A DNA stretch of 64,000 bases, taken from positions 42,532-106,531 of IMG/VR virus record IMGVR_UViG_3300030099_007414, one strand, 5' to 3'. The stretch comes from a virus. Both the position numbers and the translations under genes were made by a program. This document shows, in pieces, positions 45,267-55,183 of this stretch (position 1 is the first letter of the stretch; each line of letters opens with the position of its first letter). The notes beneath the pieces were generated by a model, which was not told where the DNA came from, searched no databases, and worked only from the letters and a program-made list of their open reading frames with translations.

Positions 45267-45671
45267 TTAAAATCCTGTCGCGCCAGGGTCTTGTGGAGAC
45301 AGGTTCAAAATGAGAGTTTGATTATTGGCTATTGATGGGATAAAATATTCAATAGTTATCTCATAAGTATTGGACAGATCTGTTCTCTCAAATATATTTA
45401 TATTTGTTATCTTGATGTAAGATAAATATCTATCAACTTGGTTTAGAATCCTATTCTCTATTTCTCCGGAAGAAAAATTACCCTCTTGGTTAAAAATATA
45501 TTGAGATAAACCAACTCCAAAATCTGGGTTCATTATTCTTTCACCCGGAATTGTCAAGATGAGCATCTTTAAATTTTGCTGCCCCACTGACCTAATATCT
45601 TTTAGTAGCGAGTAAGGCCCATCGGTTGGATCATACTGAAGCGGTAGTCTTGCTGAATATCCGAATGGCAA
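45267..45671 (-). CDS. Baseplate gp25-like (GPW/gp25) sheath initiator
   Basis: QNLKMLILTIPGERIMNPDFGVGL..YIF. Confidence 0.92.
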   Translation of the reverse strand: MPFGYSARLPLQYDPTDGPYSLLKDIRSVGQQNLKMLILTIPGERIMNPDFGVGLSQYIFNQEGNFSSGEIENRILNQVDRYLSYIKITNINIFERTDLSNTYEITIEYFIPSIANNQTLILNLSPQDPGATGF

Positions 45672-45672
45672 C

Positions 45673-48600
45673 TTAAATTCTCTCCAAAGTGTTTACAATA
45701 AATTTTTTAGTATCGTTTAGCACTTTTCCGTTCCAATTGTCAACAGTAGTTGGCAAGAGGGGATTTGAGGCTCCATTTTCCAAGAAAGTACCAAACTCCT
45801 CATTGCAATAAATAGTTGCCAAAGATATTAAATTTTCAATATTCATCCCTCGGTAATAAAAATTTGAAAAATCGTTTATTTGAGATAAGCCTTTTTTCAT
45901 AGAAATTTCATCGTAATCATCTAATATTCTACTAGATATGGGCTGGTCGGGTATTTCTTTTTCATACACCACGAGAGGCGATAGGAAATACCTCTCCTTC
46001 TCTTCAGCCTCGGAGTCCGAAATGAGAGTAAAAGCCTTCGCTTGATTTCTTAAATCTAGGCTGATATCCATTTCCAAGACACCGGCTTTAGAAAAATCAT
46101 ACAATGAGGAGATTCTCAAGCCGAAAGACCAGCTTTCCCAATTTTCGCTTATATTGCCACTTAGGGGATCTGCTACGAGATATTCTTGAAACTTTTTTAA
46201 GTTTTGCACTCCGGAAGGCAGACCCGGTTTTGCACCATTTAATATGATATATTTTTCGAGCCTCAAGCCACCTGTCAGTACTCCAACCTTATCAGGATCT
46301 GATATGACATTAACAGTAGAGCCTAAAATAGATTCATTAAAAATATAATTATAAATCGTATTTGTTTTATTTATAGAAGGAAAGGTGTTGTTTTCAATAT
46401 CGGCCATGGCCTCCTGGAATTCGGTTATATATTTTTTTGAATTTTCTTTAACGAAGAAGCGAGCGAGTGCTTCTATATCTTGAGTATTTTTTTCCAGATT
46501 TTCCATACGGCTTTCTCTGTCGCCTTGTAGCCAGTTTTTTATATTATTGTTAAGATTACTGACGTTGGATTCTAGATGTGAATCCAGTGGGGAGATTAAC
46601 CCTTCGTTAGAGGCAACAATAGCTACTTGAACTATTTTTTCCAAAACTTTTGCCTGCCCCCTGTTGGTAGAGAAATCATCTACAGTGGCGACAAATTTTT
46701 CATATATGTAATCTCCCAAATAATCAAATTGGTGAAGCATATTTGCCCCAAATGCCTCGTAAATGGGGAGATTTTTTATTAACACCTCAGAAGTTACGGT
46801 ATTTATGAGCATCCTAAAGGAGGCATATGAAAGAGCTATATCTTCTTTGGACTTTAGTCTGTTAAAAGGAACGTACTTGTTTGTTTTTTCAACGTCGTCC
46901 ATCAGTCCATAAAGATCTTTTGTTTCCTTGATTATCGCATCTTTGCCAAAAAGTAAAGGAATAAATTCTTCTTCGCGGTTCCTTATCCTGTTATAAACTT
47001 TCGTTCTCCAAGATCCTCCGTAAGTTCTTTTCTCCAGTTTGGTCAACATATCAGAAAAATAACTTTCTACAATAGATGTTAATACTCCATTATTTATAAA
47101 GTTTTCTGAAATCTTATTGTTTAAATTATTTCTTAGGATAGATTGATTTTTTAACAGGAGGGTTTGTATTTTGTCTGCACCAGTCTCATACGCGGCGGAT
47201 TCCGGGCTTTTATCCCTATATGAAGTGGTTTTCGCCCCTTCGAAAGTAAGGGTGATGTTTGATGACGTTTTACTGGGAGAATAAGTAGCGTCGATGATTC
47301 TAGAATTTTGCATACTTTGTGGGGATTCCGGTTTTGTCTCTTTTCCAAAAAATGATGATATGAGCCTTCGGTTCTCTCCGATGCCATCGGTATTTACCAT
47401 AATTAAGTCGAGTAATCCTCGCGAATTATAGAGGTCATTTTTATAATTTTTACACGCAGTATCAATTTTGTTTTCTATTACGGGCTGGAACAAATTTCCA
47501 ATATGTTTTGAAATTTTGCTAAATAAAGGGCCTTGTTTTGACTTTAAAATTTCTCCCAGCTGGCCTACAATCACGCCGTTTGGATTTCCTAAAGTCTCTG
47601 CGGCGAAACATATTTTATCCTTTTGGATATTTTTTAGTACCTCTTTCATCTCTGATATTTGATCTTGGGTTATGCTAGGCTTGTTGTTTAAGTAAGCCTG
47701 CTCTAAACTATCAAAGTCGTTACCACAATAGTCCACTTCGACTAATTGCTCCGGACTCAAGCTTTGATAAAATTGCTCCTCCACTTTATCAGCATCTAGT
47801 AAATTGCCGATTTCTAAAAAAATTTGATCGACATCGCTATAATTGAGCATGTATTGGGAAACTTTTAAGTCCTTTATTAATCCCAAAACCTTTTCATATG
47901 TAACGCTTTCTCCGTCTCCATTATACAGCCTCACCTTGTCATAGTGGCCTAAGCCGACAGAACACGATTTTAAAAATCTATCGACATCTTCTAGGCTCAA
48001 TGGTTCCACAGCATATGTGCTGGGGTATTTTTGTTGAAAAATTTGTCTCACTGATGAATTTACTTGTCTAAAATTTGAACTTGTATCTTTACAATACTCG
48101 GCAATTTGCTTTTGTAAAGACTCATCATCTTGAAACAAGTCCGGGACATACTGATTTTTTTTAAAATACTCTTCGTCAAATGACATCCCTGCGGCGATTA
48201 TTTGGAAAATCTGCCTCATAGATTCGATAATGACCCTGACGGTCAGATTGATGAGTATGTTTTTCAATTCTTCCACTAAAACATTGCCGATGTCGGAAGG
48301 CTTCGGAATAAAACCGCCCTCCCTTTTAGGTACTTCCGGAAATTTAGGAAGATTAACGCGGCCTTGGCACCAATTCAAATCCATGGATACCGTGGCATTT
48401 GGCATTGGTACTTTACACTTATTTAAGATACCCTTGGTCATATCTGTAAAGAATCTTAGCCAGCCCATCTCATCCGGAAAAGAGTTTACCAAAACGTCCA
48501 GTAATTCCTCTCCTCGAATAGAGGCGGCGATGGAATCTCTGAAGGCCGAGAAGCGCAAATCTATGTCTGTGTCTTGTTGAGAGGTTTTTAATTTTAAAGA

Positions 48601-50064
48601 ATATGTTGCAATTATTGTATCGTCGGTATCGTTAGTGTAGTCGGGCGGCATATATCCACCCGCAGTCCATGGAGGAATTGTGTCTCCCACAAATTTTCTA
48701 TACCTTTCGAGTATTTCTGAATTTTTTCCAAATTTTCCAACCTCTCCCCATAATTGAGAAACATTTTTGTTGTCTAGATTGCGAACAGCGCACTTTGCCA
48801 ACTCTTCCACATATTCTTCCTCATTGATATACGCAAAAACCGTGTTGGTTACCAAAGAAGTAAGGTCTCCTATCCCACACAAACCCAACCTATTTAGGAG
48901 ATTTTTTCCCAAAGAATTGAGTGCTTCTTCGCCTTGATCCATGGCTACTTTTTGCAAAACTTCTGGCAGATTTTCAAAGAAAGTATCGCTAACGGACAGG
49001 GACATTCTTCTAGCAAAATTGGCCTTTTTCTTAGTCTCTCTTTCTAGCTGCCTATTGATCCGCTCTCTCTGTTCTGGTGTCATACATGGGGTTCGATATA
49101 CGCTGTCTAAGATTTCTTTTTGTAATAATTTGACAGATCTCTTACTTATCTCTTTTGATGAAGCAAATTGCTTTGAGATGTCCTCGTTTGGAGATGCAGA
49201 TGTGCTCCCCTTTTTAGCTGACCTAGATATTAAATCAGTAGTTTTATCTCTTTTTTTAGAAGAATTTAAAAAATATTGAGTAGCTATTGTCTCATAATTA
49301 TTGGAACTATTTTTTATTCTTTTTTCTAATTCAACCAAATCAAATAGAAAAATTAATGTCTGGGGGCTGTTTTGGGGATACCCATTTTTAAATTCTTCAA
49401 ATAAGTACTTCACATTTACTGAATCGATTCCCTGTATCAAGCATATTTTTGACACGAATGTGTCTTCATTTCTTGAGATTTGTATTTTTTTAAAGTCAAA
49501 TAGATTTAGAGAGTTTGACTCAATTAAGCTTTTTATGTTGGATCCGAGCGTATATAAATTTTCAGATTCTAAAAGAAAATCCACTCCATTAAAAACATTT
49601 GTAGAATGAGAAAAAACATTAGAAATATATTGAGATTGATATTCTTGAAATTTTTTAGCAATATTTTCTAATTTTTGAAAAAAGGTTCCCAAGTCATATA
49701 CAACCGTTGTTAAGCCTACGATACTAACATCGTCCTTTTCTTCTATATCGGTGAAAGCTTTTTTTGAGATTGACAACAACATCTTTTCTTTGATCAACGG
49801 CGAAGGATCTATATATTTGCCCGATAATTCTACCAAAGATTCCAATTCTGCTGCTCTATCCTCTCTTTTGTTAAGGTTCCGGAGAATATTAATTACAAAA
49901 GATTCATAATATCTTCTAGATTCTTCTTTTGCTTTAGCATCGCTAATTACCTCTTTGTCTGTCAGTATCGTTGTAGTAAACTTATCAGTCTTAGAGTTAT
50001 AATAGACTTTGCCGGGTTTGGCGTTTGTCCAATCTTGTGGAGATTCAGGAAATATAGGAGTCAT
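45673..50064 (-). CDS. Large helical hypothetical structural protein (baseplate hub region)
   Basis: 1463-aa ORF between spike and gp25; no recognisable catalytic motif. Confidence 0.55.
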   Translation of the reverse strand: MTPIFPESPQDWTNAKPGKVYYNSKTDKFTTTILTDKEVISDAKAKEESRRYYESFVINILRNLNKREDRAAELESLVELSGKYIDPSPLIKEKMLLSISKKAFTDIEEKDDVSIVGLTTVVYDLGTFFQKLENIAKKFQEYQSQYISNVFSHSTNVFNGVDFLLESENLYTLGSNIKSLIESNSLNLFDFKKIQISRNEDTFVSKICLIQGIDSVNVKYLFEEFKNGYPQNSPQTLIFLFDLVELEKRIKNSSNNYETIATQYFLNSSKKRDKTTDLISRSAKKGSTSASPNEDISKQFASSKEISKRSVKLLQKEILDSVYRTPCMTPEQRERINRQLERETKKKANFARRMSLSVSDTFFENLPEVLQKVAMDQGEEALNSLGKNLLNRLGLCGIGDLTSLVTNTVFAYINEEEYVEELAKCAVRNLDNKNVSQLWGEVGKFGKNSEILERYRKFVGDTIPPWTAGGYMPPDYTNDTDDTIIATYSLKLKTSQQDTDIDLRFSAFRDSIAASIRGEELLDVLVNSFPDEMGWLRFFTDMTKGILNKCKVPMPNATVSMDLNWCQGRVNLPKFPEVPKREGGFIPKPSDIGNVLVEELKNILINLTVRVIIESMRQIFQIIAAGMSFDEEYFKKNQYVPDLFQDDESLQKQIAEYCKDTSSNFRQVNSSVRQIFQQKYPSTYAVEPLSLEDVDRFLKSCSVGLGHYDKVRLYNGDGESVTYEKVLGLIKDLKVSQYMLNYSDVDQIFLEIGNLLDADKVEEQFYQSLSPEQLVEVDYCGNDFDSLEQAYLNNKPSITQDQISEMKEVLKNIQKDKICFAAETLGNPNGVIVGQLGEILKSKQGPLFSKISKHIGNLFQPVIENKIDTACKNYKNDLYNSRGLLDLIMVNTDGIGENRRLISSFFGKETKPESPQSMQNSRIIDATYSPSKTSSNITLTFEGAKTTSYRDKSPESAAYETGADKIQTLLLKNQSILRNNLNNKISENFINNGVLTSIVESYFSDMLTKLEKRTYGGSWRTKVYNRIRNREEEFIPLLFGKDAIIKETKDLYGLMDDVEKTNKYVPFNRLKSKEDIALSYASFRMLINTVTSEVLIKNLPIYEAFGANMLHQFDYLGDYIYEKFVATVDDFSTNRGQAKVLEKIVQVAIVASNEGLISPLDSHLESNVSNLNNNIKNWLQGDRESRMENLEKNTQDIEALARFFVKENSKKYITEFQEAMADIENNTFPSINKTNTIYNYIFNESILGSTVNVISDPDKVGVLTGGLRLEKYIILNGAKPGLPSGVQNLKKFQEYLVADPLSGNISENWESWSFGLRISSLYDFSKAGVLEMDISLDLRNQAKAFTLISDSEAEEKERYFLSPLVVYEKEIPDQPISSRILDDYDEISMKKGLSQINDFSNFYYRGMNIENLISLATIYCNEEFGTFLENGASNPLLPTTVDNWNGKVLNDTKKFIVNTLERI

Positions 50065-51014
50065 TAGTTTGTCCTGTTTAGGTCGCTGTTGATATAATCT
50101 TTTCCTAACGCAGATAAATAGTTAACCTCATCAAATAATAAATTAATCTTATTTGTGGTCGCGTTCATAATGCCTTTTATAATGTTGTCTGAAAAGTTGA
50201 GAGATAGCGTAGTTAACAACAGAGGAGATTGAACGGCGGCGGGAGTTTGGGTAATCGGGTCAATCGCAAGAGGGTGCGTGTGGGCTTGTAGTTGTAACAG
50301 TGTGCTGTTTTGAACTTGTGCTAGGTCCATAATAATATCAGATAAAACATTTATTCTTTTCATCATTGATTTCATGGCCTTTTCCATATTATCTCCGAGC
50401 ACCATGGGTTGCAGATTTTTTACATTTGTTCCAGCTATTAATTCAATTCCAGATCCACTTCTTATTTTTCCACCCTTGGAATTTCTCTCTCCATATTGAC
50501 CTGTTGTTAGTTTTATACCAGATTTGCCCTTAAAAGCGATTACGTCTGCTTGAGCACCGATACCAGAACGGGCTTTTTGTCTCATATTATCACCCTCTGG
50601 CATGGAGAAATTGTCTTCAAGATCCGTAGTTTCGCTTATATAAATTCGTGCTGCATCATACATGAAATTGTCATTAACATATAGTGAAGAATTTTTAGAT
50701 ACAGAGGGGAGGCTTGTCAGTCTTCCACATACGATATCTATAGAAGATGCCGGGGTTCCAAAAGCAGAATATCCTGTTCCGGGTCCGCCGGGAGCGTCTT
50801 TACCAAGATTAATGAAGCTATTATTTTTATTAAGTACTTTGCTTGACTCGATTGGATTGAAAGTTGGCAACTCTCTATATGCATACTTTCCATCTATTCC
50901 AAGTTTTTTAGAAACACCTCTGGGTATTGCATTTTTTTGAGTCTTACTGGAAAATGCTTCGGCTGATACATTGGTATATACAGAATTTTCTTTTGGTAAT
51001 ATTTTTTGTGCCAT
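50064..51014 (-). CDS. Central baseplate spike-like protein (gp5/gpV C-terminal-like, HxH tip)
   Basis: Gly-rich beta-repeat segments (IDIVCGR, DAARIYISETTD, GIGAQAD..KSGIKL), QPMVLGD and C-terminal AHTHP. True start is ATG 51014; the 51206 start reads through the neighbouring gene. Confidence 0.65.
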   Translation of the reverse strand: MAQKILPKENSVYTNVSAEAFSSKTQKNAIPRGVSKKLGIDGKYAYRELPTFNPIESSKVLNKNNSFINLGKDAPGGPGTGYSAFGTPASSIDIVCGRLTSLPSVSKNSSLYVNDNFMYDAARIYISETTDLEDNFSMPEGDNMRQKARSGIGAQADVIAFKGKSGIKLTTGQYGERNSKGGKIRSGSGIELIAGTNVKNLQPMVLGDNMEKAMKSMMKRINVLSDIIMDLAQVQNSTLLQLQAHTHPLAIDPITQTPAAVQSPLLLTTLSLNFSDNIIKGIMNATTNKINLLFDEVNYLSALGKDYINSDLNRTN

Positions 51015-51015
51015 A

Positions 51016-52602
51016 TTAATCGTCCTCTGTACTACTTTCTTCCGGAAGTGGCTCTGGATCTTCTGGAAGGGATTCTGGTGGCAGTGCGGGTGCAGGGGTG
51101 TTCTCCGTGGGCGTTGTGTTAGATCCGGTGGCAGTCGTTGATTCGGGTGTAGCAGGTGTTGCGGTTGATTCTTTGGGTACTTGCTGCATGATGCCCGGTA
51201 ACGCATCTTTAGAGAAGTTCAGCTGATTAGGATAATTGAAAAACAATGGATTTACTGCCCCTTTTGCTCCTATGGCACTTTCTCCAGCAAACTCCATCTT
51301 TTTTTCTCCAGTGCCCTGATTGATCCCCAAGGAGTAAGTATCATACTTTTTTATCCCGCCAACCATCTTAGAAACTAACACTTCAAAATGAAGATGGATG
51401 CCGTTTGAACCTTTTCCTGCGCCCGGATCAAATTTTCGACCTCCCATATAACCGAGAACATCTCCGGCCTTGACAACATCGCCTTTAGATAGTCTTCCCC
51501 CACCGGCTTTTTCTCCTATAAGAAATAAATGCATAGATCTGGTTTTTACTTCATAAATTCCCTCTGTATCGTTGGGTATATCATGCTTTACCACTATATA
51601 GCCTATTTTATCTGCTCTTGTGGGCTGTTGGGGGCTGGGAGGATTTAGTTTTCCGTCGAACCCAACCAATTCAACTACACCGGATGTGATAGCTACTATG
51701 GGGTAGCCTGGGCCTCTATTTTTCTTCGCGATATTTAAATCTACACCTTTATGCCACCTCATTTCCGCATCTAGACCTTTGCGCTTTCGGGGTCCAAATC
51801 TTGAAGATGTTTTTATTGATTCTCCAGAGAGGCATGCAATAGGGGTAAAAAGAGGTGTCCATGGGAGGGCCTTTATTTGCTCTACAATTGATTTTTCTTC
51901 TGGTTTGCCTTCCCACTCTTTGGGGGGCGGCAATTTGCTTGGGCCAGTCTCTTTCGGAGATCCCGGCTTGCTTATAATCGAATTATCGTTACCGGGCCAC
52001 GGATCTGGTCCGGTGACCCACGTTGACTGTGATGAGAAAAATTGTGGAAACCCCTCGATGCCTGTTTTCTTTTTTCTTATAAATTTTGCAGTATCTTGAG
52101 TTTGGTCTTCATAGAGGATATCAACGAAGTCTCCCGGTATTGACTGTTCGCCTTCTTCTGCTACCGACCTAATTGTTGATGTATGCAATTCAGTAGATAT
52201 AAATCTTTTATACATGCCAAGTGTAGAATCATCGTATTTCCACGGGGCCTTTAAAAAATAGTTTTTGGACTCTGCATTTCTCGTATACACCTTGTTTAGA
52301 TTATTTACATCGCCGGGGTTGTCCTTCTCTTTGTTCGAATTAAATTTAATTTTTTCATAATCAGTTGCTTGGGATTGTACTGCAACAACCATAGATGTCC
52401 GATTCTGCACACCCTCTAATATATTTTGATCTCTACGGATTATATTTGAGAGTGCCTGACTAGAGAACTCTGTACCTGCAGCCTCGTTCAAAATACTGTT
52501 CGTATATCTAGTATCCTTTTTTTGCCAAGGATTTTGGTTTCCCGGAATTTCTAAGTTTTCTAATTCTAAAACAATTTGCTCTCTAGTCTTATCTTCAGCC
52601 AT
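51016..52602 (-). CDS. Tail-associated M23 family metallopeptidase (peptidoglycan hydrolase) with Pro/Thr/Glu-rich tail
   Basis: SRFGPR..WHKGVDL, PIVAITSGVV, SMHL, VKAGDVLGYMG, GIHLHFEV. Start ATG 52602 (MAEDK). Confidence 0.85.
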   Translation of the reverse strand: MAEDKTREQIVLELENLEIPGNQNPWQKKDTRYTNSILNEAAGTEFSSQALSNIIRRDQNILEGVQNRTSMVVAVQSQATDYEKIKFNSNKEKDNPGDVNNLNKVYTRNAESKNYFLKAPWKYDDSTLGMYKRFISTELHTSTIRSVAEEGEQSIPGDFVDILYEDQTQDTAKFIRKKKTGIEGFPQFFSSQSTWVTGPDPWPGNDNSIISKPGSPKETGPSKLPPPKEWEGKPEEKSIVEQIKALPWTPLFTPIACLSGESIKTSSRFGPRKRKGLDAEMRWHKGVDLNIAKKNRGPGYPIVAITSGVVELVGFDGKLNPPSPQQPTRADKIGYIVVKHDIPNDTEGIYEVKTRSMHLFLIGEKAGGGRLSKGDVVKAGDVLGYMGGRKFDPGAGKGSNGIHLHFEVLVSKMVGGIKKYDTYSLGINQGTGEKKMEFAGESAIGAKGAVNPLFFNYPNQLNFSKDALPGIMQQVPKESTATPATPESTTATGSNTTPTENTPAPALPPESLPEDPEPLPEESSTEDD

Positions 52603-52888
52603 CGGTATCTCCCTGCAAAAGATCGAAGATGTCTCTTTTATCATCGGCAGTTAATCCAGTCTCTTTCTTCTCTGCCCTTTTTAGCAAAGTTGAAATCTTG
52701 ACTAACTGCTCGTTTGATCTTTGCAGGGTTTCTACGTACTTGGCAGCAGTGATTCCGACTTCTCTGTGTCTTTCTTCACTTTTGCTCAAATAAATCATGA
52801 CATCATCCAACAAACGCTTAGTAACATCTCTGTCTAAGCGAATATTGTTAATGGCTTCTTCTAATATTTCATCTACTTTCTTTTTCAT
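52595..52888 (-). CDS. Hypothetical helical protein
   Basis: 97-aa ORF between the late sigma factor and the M23 gene. Confidence 0.6.
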   Translation of the reverse strand: MKKKVDEILEEAINNIRLDRDVTKRLLDDVMIYLSKSEERHREVGITAAKYVETLQRSNEQLVKISTLLKRAEKKETGLTADDKRDIFDLLQGDTDG

Positions 52889-52891
52889 TTA

Positions 52892-53629
52892 TCATAGATC
52901 CCCTCGATCCCATTTTGTTTTAAAGATACGATATTTCTTTCTCATCTTATTTAGAGAGTTCACGATTTGTTTTGTGTTCAATCCAGTAATTTCTCTCATA
53001 TACAGATAAATAGCTTTCTTATTAAAAATTTCTATATCGTCTGGAGATTCTAGTAAAATTTTTATTGCTTCGAGAACCTTCTTTTCGTTCTCTTTGAGTT
53101 TATCCGAGTCCCATTGGCCTATTTCGGTCCATAAATGATTCCAGAACTCTTCTTTTTCACGCTCTTCATCATACTCATTATGAACAGCGATATGTTTTAG
53201 CTCTTGCTCTTTGGGTAGCTCGTCTATTTCAATTTCTCTAAGATTTTTCTTTTTATTTTTCTTAACTTTTTGAATGAACCAGTTTTTTGTGATTACTGAA
53301 AAATATGAGAAAGCCTTTGATCCCTTGTCTGGGTTAAATTTTCCTAAGACTGTCATGAGCCAGATTTTGCACTCTTCTCGCAAAATATCAATATTTGGCA
53401 AAGTGGTGAATTTGTAAGTAAATACAATTTTGTCAACCATCTGATCAAATGCGGGCTGTAATAATTTCACATACAACTCTTCACGTCGTCGCATAGTGGT
53501 TGATTCTAGACAATACTCAATGATTGCATCTTCATGTACTTGTGTAAAGTATTTTTTAGAATTCTTGCTTCTTCTAATTCTTCTTCTGCGCTTTTTAGGA
53601 CTCTTCGTCGAAGTCGATGCCGTAGTCAT
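52892..53629 (-). CDS. Phage late-transcription sigma factor (T4 gp55-like)
   Basis: KYFT..HE.AI..Y, KFNPDKGSKAFSYFSVITKNWFIQ, equivalent to gp55/sigma region 2 (FDP.K...FAYF..I). Likely start ATG 53629 after GAGGA. Confidence 0.7.
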   Translation of the reverse strand: MTTASTSTKSPKKRRRRIRRSKNSKKYFTQVHEDAIIEYCLESTTMRRREELYVKLLQPAFDQMVDKIVFTYKFTTLPNIDILREECKIWLMTVLGKFNPDKGSKAFSYFSVITKNWFIQKVKKNKKKNLREIEIDELPKEQELKHIAVHNEYDEEREKEEFWNHLWTEIGQWDSDKLKENEKKVLEAIKILLESPDDIEIFNKKAIYLYMREITGLNTKQIVNSLNKMRKKYRIFKTKWDRGDL

Positions 53630-53918
53630 ATTCTTCCTCGTCTTGGAGGAGAAGGTCATATGATTCGAAAACGTCAATGATATCTATAGCATGTCGTAAA
53701 AGATGTCTTAATGTCTCATCTCCATAGAATGCCTCAAGTTCATATACACCCTTTAAATGGGTCGTAAATCGCTTCATAATGACTGAAATCTCTTTCAATT
53801 CTTCATCATATTCTGCGATTTGTTTTAAACTCTTCCACGAAAACCATACCAGAAATACATTAAAAGTTACTGATAATAATAGCATTAAAGATAACATTGC
53901 ATAAATCATATGACCCAC
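53595..53918 (-). CDS. Small membrane protein
   Basis: N-terminal TM, coiled coil, FYGDETL motif, acidic tail. Confidence 0.6.
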   Translation of the reverse strand: MGHMIYAMLSLMLLLSVTFNVFLVWFSWKSLKQIAEYDEELKEISVIMKRFTTHLKGVYELEAFYGDETLRHLLRHAIDIIDVFESYDLLLQDEEEYDYGIDFDEES

Positions 53919-54179
53919 TCACCCTTTATATTCTTGGCTTTTCAGCCTTTTCTTTTCTTCTTGAATAGATTTTTTATTTTTTTCAATATATTCTTCTACA
54001 AAAGAGCCAGTCTTTCTCTCGGCCTTCTGCTTAGTTTTTTCAATATAAGTTGGGATACTGGGTACACGAGTGAACGTAAGAGACTCGCATGCAATGCAGG
54101 TCTCTACAAGTTCAGTCATTGAGTGCAACAATTCAAAATAATCATCACACTCTTCACAGTAGTAATTATACCTCGGCAT
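53919..54179 (-). CDS. FmdB-family zinc-ribbon protein
   Basis: MPRYNYYCEEC..YFE.......CIAC. Confidence 0.85.
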   Translation of the reverse strand: MPRYNYYCEECDDYFELLHSMTELVETCIACESLTFTRVPSIPTYIEKTKQKAERKTGSFVEEYIEKNKKSIQEEKKRLKSQEYKG

Positions 54180-54357
54180 CTACCGACTCATCTCCTTCAG
54201 TGTCGAATTCCAAAACGGGGGGATTCTCCACCACAAGGCCGTCGTCTGTTTCCGTAAAAACAAAACCTTGCAGAACAGGCGTGATATCACTTTGTTCCAT
54301 TAGAGATTTTTGCAGGGCGATCATAACAGCACCCAAAGCTTGATTTGACAATTGCAT
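54166..54357 (-). CDS. Small hypothetical protein, first gene of the sigma70-driven operon
   Basis: 63 aa; GAGGAG SD; downstream of a perfect sigma70 promoter. Confidence 0.65.
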   Translation of the reverse strand: MQLSNQALGAVMIALQKSLMEQSDITPVLQGFVFTETDDGLVVENPPVLEFDTEGDESVDAEV

Positions 54358-54391
54358 TTAGATAAACTCCTCTATTAAATGTTATACCTAT

Positions 54392-54420
54392 ATTATAACA
54401 CCCAATTTACATATTGTCAA
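54392..54420 (-). promoter_or_regulatory. Consensus sigma70 promoter
   Basis: TTGACA (54420-54415), 17-bp spacer ending in TGn, TATAAT (54397-54392); AT-rich UP-like region upstream. Confidence 0.85.
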
Positions 54421-54457
54421 GGAAAAAACTTGATTATTTCATTTTTTTATATATTTC

Positions 54458-55183
54458 TTAGCCGCCTTCGGAATATTTCATTACAGTTGTTATGGGGATG
54501 TACAAGCTTTTTTCTCCATTCTGATGGCACCACTTGTTTATCCTTTCCCACATATCTGCATCTCCGGGGTAAATCCGGCCTTGCTCTATAGATGTCCTCA
54601 TCCTAAAGGGTATTTTATCTATGCGCCATGATGCCGTAGAGTGTATCAACCTACACGGCCTTGGGGGTAAATTATTGTAATGCAGCATTTGAGGCACCCT
54701 ATCTTGAGGAAACAGGGTCTGTTGTCTTGCTTGATTAACATAAAAAGAATTAGTGTAGATAAACATGCTTTCTGGAAAGTTATAATATCCCATTTTTAAA
54801 ATATCCAAATGATAAGGAAGCCACTCGTCGTCATCATCAAGATGGCAATGTATCTGAAAACCTTCTGCAAGCTCTAAGTTTATGCTTTCATTCGTGGCGT
54901 TTGCTCCGGCGGAGCACCACAAAGAGTGTCCTGTAAATTCTCCAGACTCTCTTTCGGCTGCTATAGGCAGATTTACGGCCGTTATTTTGTCTTCCGAAAG
55001 AAACCTAGATATCTCTTCAAATTCTTCATAGTTTGTGTAATGATCCCCCACAAGAAAAACTTTCCAGTTATCATACGTCTGATTTTTTATGGAATCTATT
55101 GCTTTTTTAATTTTTTCTTTTGTAGTGCCATCTTCCCTATTATATGTTACCATAGAGATGGCGAATTTAGGCATCTCTGTCAT
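54458..55183 (-). CDS. Glycosyltransferase family 2 (GT-A)
   Basis: ISMVTYNR, SIKNQTYDNWKVFLVGD, HLDDDDEW.PYHL, DADMW. Confidence 0.85.
   Translation of the reverse strand: MTEMPKFAISMVTYNREDGTTKEKIKKAIDSIKNQTYDNWKVFLVGDHYTNYEEFEEISRFLSEDKITAVNLPIAAERESGEFTGHSLWCSAGANATNESINLELAEGFQIHCHLDDDDEWLPYHLDILKMGYYNFPESMFIYTNSFYVNQARQQTLFPQDRVPQMLHYNNLPPRPCRLIHSTASWRIDKIPFRMRTSIEQGRIYPGDADMWERINKWCHQNGEKSLYIPITTVMKYSEGG

Noticed and set aside
51015-51206. Pro/His/Gln-rich N-terminal extension of the 50064..51206 ORF
   Set aside because: Alternate-frame read of the M23 gene's low-complexity tail; ATG 51014 right after the M23 stop is the plausible start.
43460-52602. Bacterial contractile injection system (T6SS/eCIS/tailocin) interpretation
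   Set aside because: Linked to a complete head and packaging module (terminase, portal, protease, capsid), so it is a phage baseplate.
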